Assembly (NCBI GenBank): GCA_963716255.1
Contig: OY970303.1
Coordinates: forward strand, 6,016,001-6,080,000
DNA from: an uncultured Gemmatimonadales bacterium
GTDB lineage: Bacteria; Gemmatimonadota; Gemmatimonadetes; Longimicrobiales; Longimicrobiaceae
Direction of reading: 5' to 3'
DNA: 64,000 bases
Positions 20,979 to 30,043 of this stretch are shown here, piece after piece. Under the pieces are notes generated by a model. It searched no databases, was not told the DNA's origin, and worked only from the letters and a program-made list of their open reading frames with translations. How positions within the stretch are numbered: position 1 is the stretch's first letter; the number at the start of each line of letters is the position of its first letter. The position numbers and the translations under genes are program-made.

Positions 20979-21192
20979 GGAACGACCCGGCGACCCCCGG
21001 CCCCTTCCCGCAAGGGGGAGGGGAGAACCACACGGCGTGGGGCGGGGGGCGGCGCGCAGGTCTACCCCTCACCCCCCGGCTTCCTCTCCCACAAGGGGAG
21101 AGGGGGAGAACGACACGACGAAGGCCATGGTGCAGGCAGCCCTCCCCCAGAATTGGGGGAGGGTGGCGCGCAGCGCCGGGTGGGGGCTCTCC

Positions 21193-21344
21193 GCGGACGC
21201 CAGCGAGAAGCCGCGTGAGGGATTTCGGCCCGAAGGGGCGAGACCCGGCGGCAGTTTGCCGGGGCTCGACTCCGTTGCAGACGGTTGTTTCGTCTGCTAC
21301 GGAGCCGAAGCCCGACCCCGGCGCAGCCGGGGGCACGCCCGAAC
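21193..21344 (+). repeat. Structured repeat family A, copy 2
   Basis: Same core; first variable hairpin CCGGC-GGCAGTTT-GCCGG. Confidence 0.9.
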
Positions 21345-21372
21345 ACGCTTTCCATCTTTTCAGAAGAATCCG

Positions 21373-23769
21373 ATGGCGCTGGACCTGTCGCACCTGAACC
21401 CGGAGCAGCGCGAGGCCGCCGAGCACTTCGAGCGGCCTCTGCTCGTGCTCGCGGGGGCCGGCTCGGGGAAGACCCGCGTGCTCACCCACCGCATCGCCAA
21501 CCTGGTGGAGGAGTTCGGGGTGGACCCGGCGAGCATCCTCGCGCTCACCTTCACCAACAAGGCGGCGGCGCAGATGCGCGACCGCATCCGCGACCTGCTG
21601 GGGCGCGACCCGGCGGGGATGTGGATGGGGACCTTCCACGCCATCGGCGCGCGCATCCTGCGGCGGCACGCCACGCGGCTGGGTTGGACGCCCAGCTACG
21701 TGATCTACGACGCGGCGGACGCCGAGGGGCTGATGCGCCGCATCGTCAAGGACGAGCTGCAGCTGGACCCCAAGCGCTGGAGCCCGAAGGCCTTCCAGGC
21801 AGCGGTCTCGGCCGCCAAGAACGAGCTCACCGGGGTGCAGGCGTACCAGGAGGCGGCGCTCGATCCCTTCCAGCAGAAGGTGGGGCAGGCGTACGAGCGC
21901 TACCAGCGGGCGCTGCGCGATGCCAACGCCTTCGACTTCGACGACCTGCTGGTAAAGCCGGTGGAGCTGCTGCGCGCCTTCCCCGGGGTGCTGGAGGCGT
22001 ACCGCGAGCGCTTCCGCTTCGTGCTGGTGGACGAGTACCAGGACACCAACCGGGCGCAGTACGTGTTCCTGCGCCTGCTGGCCGAGGAGCACGGCAACCT
22101 GTTCGTGGTGGGCGACGACGACCAGTCCATCTACGGCTGGCGCGGCGCGGACATCCGCAACATCCTGGACTTCGAAAAGGACTTCCCCGACGCGCGGATG
22201 ATCCGCCTGGAGCAGAACTACCGCTCCTCGCAGACCATCCTGGACGCGGCCAACCGGGTGATTGCGGAGAACGTCAACCGCAAGGGCAAGACGCTCCGCA
22301 CCGACAACCCGGCCGGCGAGCGCATCACCCTGGTGGAGTGCGCGGACGAGGCGGACGAGGCGGAGTGGATCGTGGCGGAGACCGTGGCGCGGATGGGCGA
22401 CAACCCGGAGCTGGGGCCGCGCCAGTTCGTGGTGCTGTACCGCACCAACGCGCAGTCCCGCCCGCTGGAGGAAGCGCTGATCCGCGAGGGGCTGCCGTAC
22501 CGCATCGTGGGCGGCACGCGCTTCTACGAGCGGCGCGAGGTCAAGGACGCCATGGCGTACCTGCGCCTGGTGGCGAACCCCACCGCGGACGAGGCCTTCC
22601 TGCGCATCGTCAACGTCCCCAAGCGGGGGATCGGCGACACCTCGGTGGCGCGGCTGGCGGAGTGGGCGTCCACGCAGCCGTCGCGCCGGAACAACGAGTC
22701 GCGCATGCCGCTGCTGGAGGCGGCCGCGCTGGCGGAAGGGGTCCCCGGGCTGCGCGGCGCCGCCGTGACGGCGCTGGCGGACCTGGCCGGCCTGGTGCAC
22801 AAGCACGCGGCGCTGGCGGAGCGGGGCGTGGCGCTGGACGGGCTGCTGCGCGAGCTGGTGCGGGAGTCGGGGCTGGTGGAGTCGCTGCGCGAGGAGGGAC
22901 CGGAGGGCGACGACCGCATCGCCAACCTGGACGAGCTGGTGGCGGGCGCGGCGGACATCGAGTCGCGCCTGGCCGCGGGCGACCCGGAGCTGCTCCCCGA
23001 GCTGGAGGAGGGCGACGCGCCGCCGCGGGCGATCGACGTGTTCCTGAGCCACGTGGCGCTGGTGGCGGACATCGACCAGCACGACCCCGGCGCGGACGCG
23101 CTGTCGCTGATGACGCTGCACAACGCCAAGGGGCTGGAGTTCCCCCTGGTCTTCATCGCCGGGCTGGAGGAGGGGCTCTTCCCGCTGTCGCGCGCCTACG
23201 ACGACCCCGCGACGCTGGAGGAGGAGCGGCGCCTGTTCTACGTGGGGATCACGCGGGCGGAGCGGAAGCTGTACCTGGCCTACGCGCGGCGGCGTCGGCG
23301 GGGCGGGGAGTGGATGGACTCGGTGGCCTCGTCGTTCCTGGAGGGGGTGCCCAAGGAGCTGGTGGAGACGCGCCAGACGCAGCGGGTGCTGGAGCGGCTG
23401 GGCACCTACAAGGCGTACCGCGCGCAGGGCGGGACGGGGGGGATGCGCAGCCGGCGCGACCGGCTTGGCTTCGGGGACTTCGGCGACCTGGGGTACGCGG
23501 CGTCGTCGTCCGCAGGTGGGCGGACGGCGCCGAAGGCGGCCCCGAAGTCCGTGTCCGACGACGACTCGTACCAGGTGGACTACTCGGACTCGCAGGAGAC
23601 GCCCCGGCTGGTCAAGGGCGCGCGGGTGCGGCATCCGCAGTTCGGGGGCGGCACCGTGGCGGAGCTGTCCGGGGTGGGCGCGGACGTGCGCGTGACCATC
23701 GACTTCGACTCGGTGGGGCGGAAGAAGGTGGTGCTGCGGTACGCGAACCTGGAGCCGGATTGGGACTGA
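21373..23769 (+). CDS. pcrA: ATP-dependent DNA helicase PcrA/UvrD
   Basis: LNPEQREA, AGAGSGKT, VDEYQD, VGDDDQSIYGWRGA, LEQNYRS, TLHNAKGLEF, C-terminal HPQFGGG Tudor-like domain. Confidence 0.96.
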   Translation: MALDLSHLNPEQREAAEHFERPLLVLAGAGSGKTRVLTHRIANLVEEFGVDPASILALTFTNKAAAQMRDRIRDLLGRDPAGMWMGTFHAIGARILRRHATRLGWTPSYVIYDAADAEGLMRRIVKDELQLDPKRWSPKAFQAAVSAAKNELTGVQAYQEAALDPFQQKVGQAYERYQRALRDANAFDFDDLLVKPVELLRAFPGVLEAYRERFRFVLVDEYQDTNRAQYVFLRLLAEEHGNLFVVGDDDQSIYGWRGADIRNILDFEKDFPDARMIRLEQNYRSSQTILDAANRVIAENVNRKGKTLRTDNPAGERITLVECADEADEAEWIVAETVARMGDNPELGPRQFVVLYRTNAQSRPLEEALIREGLPYRIVGGTRFYERREVKDAMAYLRLVANPTADEAFLRIVNVPKRGIGDTSVARLAEWASTQPSRRNNESRMPLLEAAALAEGVPGLRGAAVTALADLAGLVHKHAALAERGVALDGLLRELVRESGLVESLREEGPEGDDRIANLDELVAGAADIESRLAAGDPELLPELEEGDAPPRAIDVFLSHVALVADIDQHDPGADALSLMTLHNAKGLEFPLVFIAGLEEGLFPLSRAYDDPATLEEERRLFYVGITRAERKLYLAYARRRRRGGEWMDSVASSFLEGVPKELVETRQTQRVLERLGTYKAYRAQGGTGGMRSRRDRLGFGDFGDLGYAASSSAGGRTAPKAAPKSVSDDDSYQVDYSDSQETPRLVKGARVRHPQFGGGTVAELSGVGADVRVTIDFDSVGRKKVVLRYANLEPDWD

Positions 23770-23794
23770 GGACTGCAACGGCTCTGAACTGCCT

Positions 23795-23952
23795 GTTCGG
23801 GCGTGCCCCCGGCTGGCGCCGGGGTCGGGCTTCGGCTCCGTAAGCCCGCAAACAACGCGGGCTAACGGAGTCGAGACCCGGCGGAAACAGCCCCGCCGGG
23901 TCTCGCCCCTTCGGGCCGAAATCCCTCACGCGGGTTTCGCGCTGGCGTCCGC
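23795..23952 (-). repeat. Structured repeat family A, copy 3 (inverted)
   Basis: Reverse complement matches the family A core. Confidence 0.9.
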
Positions 23953-24148
23953 GGGGGCCCCCACCCGGCGCTTCGCGCCACCCTCCCCCGTTCCGGGGGA
24001 GGGGCATCTCCACGCTGACGATCCCCAGCCTCGCCGTGTCGTGCTCCCCCTCCCCCCTTGCGGGGGAGGGGGTCGGGGGCCCGCGAGCCTGCCATTTGCA
24101 TGTGCTCGGGGGCTGCTCCCGTTTCCCGTCACCCAGGCCGCGCAGCGA

Positions 24149-24463
24149 ATGGCGATCACACCCGAGGAAGTACGGCGCGTCGCGTCGCTCGCGCGGCTGC
24201 GGCTGGACGACGCCGAGGCCGCGGCGATGGCCGGGGAGCTGGGCTCCATCCTGGAGCAGGTGCGCGTCCTGGGACGCGCGGACGGCAGGGAGGCGGTGCC
24301 GGGGGCGGCGGAGGAGCGCGCGGCGCCGCTGCGCGCCGACGCCTACGGCGCCGACCTGCTGCACCGCTCGCCCGACATGCTCGCGCCGGCTTGGCAGGAC
24401 GGTTTCTTAGTGGTGCCTCGCCTGCCGGCTCTGGACGCGGACGCGCGCGGCGAGGCGCCGTGA
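24149..24463 (+). CDS. gatC: Asp/Glu-tRNA amidotransferase subunit C
   Basis: ITPEEVRRVASLARL...LRAD...GFLVVPR; directly precedes gatA. Confidence 0.9.
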   Translation: MAITPEEVRRVASLARLRLDDAEAAAMAGELGSILEQVRVLGRADGREAVPGAAEERAAPLRADAYGADLLHRSPDMLAPAWQDGFLVVPRLPALDADARGEAP

Positions 24464-25947
24464 GCGCGCCGCTCTCCACGCTGCCGCTGGCGGAGCTCGC
24501 GGAGGCGATCCGCAAGCGCCGCGTGTCGCCCACGGCGCTGGTGGAGTCGGCGGCGGCGGCACTCGCCGTGGCGGAGTCCGGGCCCGAGCCGCTGAACCTG
24601 TTCATCTCCTTCGACCTGGAGCGCGCCTTCAAGCGGGCGCTGGAGGTGGAGGCCGATCTCCAGGGCGGCAAGCCGCTCCCCCCGCTCGCCGGGATCCCCG
24701 TCGCCCTCAACGACAATCTCTGCACCACGGACTTTCCCACCACCTGCGGCTCGCGGGTGATGCACGGGTACGTTTCCCCGTACGAGGCCACCGCGGTGCG
24801 GCGCCTGCGCGAGGCCGGCGCCGTGGTGCTGGGGAAGACCAACCTGGACGAGTTCGCCATGGGGTCGTCCACCGAGCACTCCGCGTACGGGCCCACCCGC
24901 AACCCGTGGGACCGCTCGCGCGTGGCGGGGGGGAGCTCCGGCGGCTCTGCGGCGGCGGTCGCGGCGGGGGTGGTCCCGCTGGCGCTCGGGTCGGACACGG
25001 GGGGCTCCGTGCGGCAGCCGGCGGCCTTCTGCGGCGTGGTGGGCATCTGCCCCACGTACGGGCGGGTGTCGCGATACGGGCTGGTGGCCTTCGCGTCGTC
25101 GCTGGACCAGGTGGGGACGCTGGGACGCTCGGTGTACGAGGCCGCGTACCTCCTCCAGGTGGTCGCCGGGCGCGACCCGCTGGACGCCACCAGCGCCGAC
25201 GTTCCCGTGGCGAACGTGTCCGTGAACCTGGGCGAGGGCGTGGAGGGGATGACCATCGGCGTCCCCGCCGAGTACATGCCCGACTCGCTGGACCCGCGGG
25301 TGCGCGCCCTCTGCCGCGCGGCGCTCCGGCGCCTGGAGGAGCTGGGCGCAGAGGTGCGCGAGATCTCGCTTCCGCACACCGCCCACGCCGTCCCCGCGTA
25401 CTCGGTGCTCGCCATGGCGGAGGCGTCGTCCAGCCTGGCCCGCTTCGACGGCGTGCGCTTCGGCGCGCCGGTCCCCGGGGCGCGCTCGGTGGAGGAGGTG
25501 TGGGAGGGGACGCGCGCCCTCTTCGGCCCCGAGGCGAAGCGCCGGATCCTGCTGGGCACCCACTCGCTCGCCGCGGGCCACCACGACGAGCTCTACGGGC
25601 AGGCCGCCCGCGTCCGCGGGCTGGTCGCGCTGGATTTCCGCTGGGCCTTCGACTCCGGGGTGGACGCCGTCTTCACACCCACCACGCCGTCGCCCGCCTT
25701 CCGCCTGGGCGAGGTCACCGACCCCTACGCCATGCTCCTGTCCGACGCGTTCACGGTGGGGCCCGCCCTCGCGGGGCTCCCGGCGCTCTCGCTCCCCCTG
25801 GGGCTGGCGGACGGGCTCCCGGTGGGTGGGCAGCTGGTCGGCCGCCCGTGGGGCGAGCCGGAGATCGTGCGCGCGGGGCACGCGCTGGAGCAGTTGCTGC
25901 TGGCCGCGCCCCTGGTGGTGCCGGCAACACCCGCGGCCGCGAGGTGA
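24460..25947 (+). CDS. gatA: Amidotransferase subunit A (amidase signature); catalytic Lys replaced by Asn
   Basis: GKTNLDEFAMGSS, GGSSGGS, GSDTGGSVRQPA; PVALNDN where the consensus is KDN. Confidence 0.9.
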   Translation: MSAPLSTLPLAELAEAIRKRRVSPTALVESAAAALAVAESGPEPLNLFISFDLERAFKRALEVEADLQGGKPLPPLAGIPVALNDNLCTTDFPTTCGSRVMHGYVSPYEATAVRRLREAGAVVLGKTNLDEFAMGSSTEHSAYGPTRNPWDRSRVAGGSSGGSAAAVAAGVVPLALGSDTGGSVRQPAAFCGVVGICPTYGRVSRYGLVAFASSLDQVGTLGRSVYEAAYLLQVVAGRDPLDATSADVPVANVSVNLGEGVEGMTIGVPAEYMPDSLDPRVRALCRAALRRLEELGAEVREISLPHTAHAVPAYSVLAMAEASSSLARFDGVRFGAPVPGARSVEEVWEGTRALFGPEAKRRILLGTHSLAAGHHDELYGQAARVRGLVALDFRWAFDSGVDAVFTPTTPSPAFRLGEVTDPYAMLLSDAFTVGPALAGLPALSLPLGLADGLPVGGQLVGRPWGEPEIVRAGHALEQLLLAAPLVVPATPAAAR

Positions 25948-25952
25948 GCGCC

Positions 25953-27398
25953 ATGGCCGAAGCGCGCCGGGAGCCCGCGATCGGGCTGGAGGTGCACGTA
26001 CAGCTGCGCACGCGCACCAAGCTGTTCTGCGGCGACCTGGCGGAGCCCGGTGCGCCGCCCAACACGCACGTCTGCCCCGTGTGCCTGGGGCTCCCCGGCG
26101 CTCTCCCCACGCTCAACGAGCAGGCGGTGGACCTGGCGGTGATGGCGGCGCTGGGGCTCAGCTCCACGGTGCAGGAGCGCTCCGCCTTCGCGCGGAAGCA
26201 CTCCTTCTCCACGGACCTCCCCAGGGGCTACCAGATCACCCAGCACGGCCAGCCGTTGGCCACCGGCGGCTACCTGCTGGTGCCCGACGCGGACGTCGGC
26301 AAGCCGACGGCGGTCCGCATCCGCAGCGTCCACCTGGAGGAGGACTCCGGGAAGTCGCTGCACGACCGGGTGCCCGGCGCCACGGCGCTGGACCTGAACC
26401 GCGCGGGCGTGCCGCTGGTGGAGATCGTCACCGAGCCGGACCTGCGCTCCCCGGCCCAGGCGCGCGCCTTCCTGACCCGCCTCAAGCAGGTCCTCCAGTA
26501 CGTGGGCCTCGGCGACTGCGACATGCAGGAGGGGCGGCTGCGGGTGGACGCCAACGTGTCGCTGCGCCCCGCCGGCAGCAGCACGCTGGGCACGCGGACC
26601 GAGGTCAGGAACCTGAGCTCCTTCGCAGGGGTGGAGCAGGCGCTTGCCTTCGAGCTGGAGCGCCAGGAGGGAGTGCTCGCCGCGGGCGGCCCGGTGCAGC
26701 CCGCGACGCTGCTCTGGGACGCGGCGCGCGGGGAGGCGCGCGTCCTCCGGGCCGGGGAGGAGGGCGCGGACCATCGCTATCTTCCGGAGCCAGACCTTCC
26801 GCCGCTGGTGCTCGCCGAGGAGCGGTTGAAGCGGCTGCGCCAGGCGGTGCCGGAGATGCCCGACGTCCGCGCCGCGCGCTTCGTCAAGGACTACGCGGTG
26901 GAGGCCCAGCACGCCGAGGTGCTCACCTCCACGCGGGAGATCGCGGACTTCTTCGAGTCGGTGGCTCGGCGGACGGATCCGCGCGAGGCGTCGTCGTGGG
27001 TCATGGGCGACTTCCTGGCCGCGGCCAACGCGGCGGGGGGCGACCTGGACCGCTTCCCGGTGCGGCCGGCGGACCTGTCGGGGCTGATCGAGCTGCTGGC
27101 GGCGGGGATCGTCTCGCGGCCGGTGGCGAAGCAGGTGTTCGCGCGGATGGTGGAGACGGGTAAGCCGGCGGCGCAGGTCGTCGGCGAGGAGGGGTGGCAG
27201 CGGGTGGACGACGCGGACGCGCTGTCTGCCCGGGCGGACGACGTGCTCCGCGAGCACCCCGCCGAAGTGGAGCGCTACCGCGCGGGTGAAACCCGGCTGC
27301 TGGACTTCTTCGTAGAGGAGCTCGTGCGCCGCTCCGGCGGCACGGCCGACCCGCAGCGGGCGGGTGCGGTCCTGATCGATAAGCTGGAGGTGAGATGA
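25953..27398 (+). CDS. gatB: Amidotransferase subunit B (divergent)
   Basis: IGLEVHVQL, CPVCLGLPGALP, HLEED, NRAGVPLVEIVTEPD, RYLPEPDL. Confidence 0.92.
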   Translation: MAEARREPAIGLEVHVQLRTRTKLFCGDLAEPGAPPNTHVCPVCLGLPGALPTLNEQAVDLAVMAALGLSSTVQERSAFARKHSFSTDLPRGYQITQHGQPLATGGYLLVPDADVGKPTAVRIRSVHLEEDSGKSLHDRVPGATALDLNRAGVPLVEIVTEPDLRSPAQARAFLTRLKQVLQYVGLGDCDMQEGRLRVDANVSLRPAGSSTLGTRTEVRNLSSFAGVEQALAFELERQEGVLAAGGPVQPATLLWDAARGEARVLRAGEEGADHRYLPEPDLPPLVLAEERLKRLRQAVPEMPDVRAARFVKDYAVEAQHAEVLTSTREIADFFESVARRTDPREASSWVMGDFLAAANAAGGDLDRFPVRPADLSGLIELLAAGIVSRPVAKQVFARMVETGKPAAQVVGEEGWQRVDDADALSARADDVLREHPAEVERYRAGETRLLDFFVEELVRRSGGTADPQRAGAVLIDKLEVR

Positions 27399-28162
27399 GG
27401 TCGAAGCGGGCGCGGTGGTGGCTGTTCGGCGGGGTGCTCGTCGTCGGGCTGGCGTGCACGGGCATGGCGCCGTTCGCCGGCTGCGCGCCGGAGTGCTTGC
27501 CGCCCGCGCTGTCCGCCGTCGCGGAGGCGCCGCGGGCGGTCGAGAAGAACGGGGAGCTGGTGGTGCTCGTCCACGGGCTGGGCCGCACCCGGCTGTCGAT
27601 GGCGCCGCTCGCGTGGGCGCTGGAGCGCGATGGGTACGAGGTGCTGAACTGGGGCTACTCCAGCTACACGCGCTCCATCCCCGAGCTGGGGCGGCAGCTC
27701 GCCGGCGAGCTGGAGTCGCGCGGCGGGGCGCGCCCGGAGCGGGTGCACTTCGTGGGGCACAGCCTGGGCAACATCATCGTCCGCTGGGTGCTCGCCAACG
27801 AGCCGCCGGCGGACGTGGGGCGCGTGGTGATGCTGGCACCGCCCAACCAGGGCTCGCACTCCGCGGACCGCTATGCACCGTGGCTGGGGTGGCTGCTGAA
27901 GCCGCTTCCGGAGCTGCGCACGGGCGCCGGGGGCATCGCGGGGGAGATCCCGCTGCCGCGGGGCGTGGAGGTGGGGGTGATCGCGGGCCGGTACGACGGC
28001 AAGGTGACGGTGGAGGAGACGCGGCTGCCGGGCGCCGCGGCGAGCATCGTGGTCCCGGCGGCGCACACCTTCATCATGAACCGGCGCGACGTGCGGCGGC
28101 TGATCGACGAGTTCCTGGAGGAGGGGCGCTTCTCCGCAGCCGTTACGCAGGGTGGCGTGTAA
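27395..28162 (+). CDS. Alpha/beta hydrolase (esterase/lipase-like), probably exported
   Basis: VLVHGL, GHSLG nucleophile elbow, APPNQGS; hydrophobic N-terminus. Confidence 0.85.
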   Translation: MRSKRARWWLFGGVLVVGLACTGMAPFAGCAPECLPPALSAVAEAPRAVEKNGELVVLVHGLGRTRLSMAPLAWALERDGYEVLNWGYSSYTRSIPELGRQLAGELESRGGARPERVHFVGHSLGNIIVRWVLANEPPADVGRVVMLAPPNQGSHSADRYAPWLGWLLKPLPELRTGAGGIAGEIPLPRGVEVGVIAGRYDGKVTVEETRLPGAAASIVVPAAHTFIMNRRDVRRLIDEFLEEGRFSAAVTQGGV

Positions 28163-28504
28163 CCGTCCGGGTCACTCCTTCTTCGCGCCGGGCACTCCCT
28201 GCATGCCCGAGGTGCCGGGCGGCCTTCCATATCGTCCCCGGGCGGGTACCGGTCGGCTTCGACCCTGACTGCAGGCGTGCACAAGAGCCTGGCGTCGCGG
28301 GGATCGCGTTTGCAAACTGTTGGATGTGGAGTGCCCCGGCTCCACGGTTCGCGAGGGGAGCCGCCGCCATAGCTCCGCCACCGCCCGCGCTTCCCGGCGG
28401 CGAGGTCTCGCCGCCGGGAAGAGGCGATGCCGGGGGACGGCCTTTGATCGTGTCCCGGATCGTCGCTCCCTCGCTGCTCGCCGATTCACCTGGCCTGCCG
28501 AAGA

Positions 28505-30028
28505 ATGACACCCCCCGTGATCAGCGTTCCAACGACGGCTCTCGCGAAATTCGACGAGCTGTACGTGATCTCGGACCTGCACCTAGGCGGCATGCCCGGA
28601 TCTCAGATCTTCGATTCCGGGGCCGCGCTGGTGCGTCTGGTCGAGCACCTGCGCACGGGACGGCCGGCGGATCGGGAGGTGGCGCTGGTGATCAACGGGG
28701 ACTTCGTCGATTTTCTCGCCGAGCGCCCGGCCGCCTATTTCGATCCCGGGGGCGCCGTGCAGAAGCTGAACCGGATCGCCGACGACAAACCCGCCTTCGC
28801 CCCGGTGTTCGTGGCCCTCAAGAAGTTCGTGGGCACGAAGTGCCGGTCGCTGGTCGTCACCCTGGGAAACCATGACTTGGAGCTGGCGCTTCCATGGGTG
28901 CGCAACCACCTTCTCGGGCTGCTTTCCGGGAACAACGAGGCTGCGCGCGGCCGCATCACCCTCGCGCTCGACGGATCCGGGTTCCTGTGCCGCGTCGGCG
29001 GAGCCACCGTGCTCTGTCTGCACGGCAACGAGGTGGACGCCTGGAACCATGCGGACCACGAGACGATTCGCCGCATCGGCCGCGACGTGCAGCAGGGGCA
29101 CCCGGTGGGTCCATGGATCCCCAACGCGGGTACACAGCTCGTCGTGGACGTCATCAACGGCATCAAGGACCGCTACCCGTTCGTGGATCTCCTCAAACCC
29201 GAGGCGCGCGCGGTTGTGCCCACCCTCCTGGCCCTCGCCCCGGACCAGCGGGACAGAGTCGCCGGCATCACCGCCTCTGTCCGCCGACTGGCCTGGGACG
29301 CGGCCCGGCGCGCCACCGGATTCCTGGCGGAGCAGGAGAACGGAACGGCGGGTACCCCGTCCGCCTCCTCCTCCGGCGAGCAATGGGTGGAGCCCGGGGG
29401 CGACCTCGTGACCCACCTGTCCCGAAGCGGCAGGGAAGCCTACGCGGATGCGCTGCTCATGGGGACCGAGGAGCGGCTCTCCGCGAACGTTCAGCCCCTG
29501 GCGCTGGTCGCCCGCGATTCGCACGCGGAGTATCTGGGCGTGGTTTCCTCGTTCCGCTCGGCGGTGCGGGGCAGGGGCCGCGTCGAGGTGCTGCGCGAAG
29601 CGCTGCAGGACCTGGGCGGGGACACCAGCTTCGAGCCGGACGTCGAGGACGAGACGTACCGCAGGCTCGACGCACAGGTCGGCGGCGGCATCGACTTCCT
29701 GCTCAGCGGGCACACGCACCTGGAACGAGCGCTGCCGAGGAAGCGCGCGAGGGGCTACTACTTCAACAGCGGCACCTGGGTACGGCGGATCCGGCTGACC
29801 AGGAACATGCTGGAAGATCGGGCCCGTTTCGCCAGGATCTACGAGGCCTTCGGCGCCGGCACCATGGAGGCTCTGGATGCCGAGCCGGAGCTGGTCGTGC
29901 GGCGCCTGTGCGTGGCCGCAATCTGGTCCGACGGGGCGGGCACGCACGGCGAGCTGCGGTACGCGAGCAGGACCGTGGGGGGAGAGACCCTCCCGGAAAA
30001 TCCCGAAGGCCGTTTCACCGTACGCTGA
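28505..30028 (+). CDS. Calcineurin-like metallophosphoesterase with a long insertion
   Basis: All five motifs present: SDLH, NGD, GNHD, HG, GHTH. Confidence 0.88.
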   Translation: MTPPVISVPTTALAKFDELYVISDLHLGGMPGSQIFDSGAALVRLVEHLRTGRPADREVALVINGDFVDFLAERPAAYFDPGGAVQKLNRIADDKPAFAPVFVALKKFVGTKCRSLVVTLGNHDLELALPWVRNHLLGLLSGNNEAARGRITLALDGSGFLCRVGGATVLCLHGNEVDAWNHADHETIRRIGRDVQQGHPVGPWIPNAGTQLVVDVINGIKDRYPFVDLLKPEARAVVPTLLALAPDQRDRVAGITASVRRLAWDAARRATGFLAEQENGTAGTPSASSSGEQWVEPGGDLVTHLSRSGREAYADALLMGTEERLSANVQPLALVARDSHAEYLGVVSSFRSAVRGRGRVEVLREALQDLGGDTSFEPDVEDETYRRLDAQVGGGIDFLLSGHTHLERALPRKRARGYYFNSGTWVRRIRLTRNMLEDRARFARIYEAFGAGTMEALDAEPELVVRRLCVAAIWSDGAGTHGELRYASRTVGGETLPENPEGRFTVR

Positions 30029-30043
30029 AGGCCAGGCCGCACG

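Noticed and set aside
21037..21372. N-terminal extensions of PcrA (and similarly GatA, GatB, PyrH, CdsA) in the ORF track
   Set aside because: They are open frames running through intergenic repeats or upstream genes; homology begins at the later starts.
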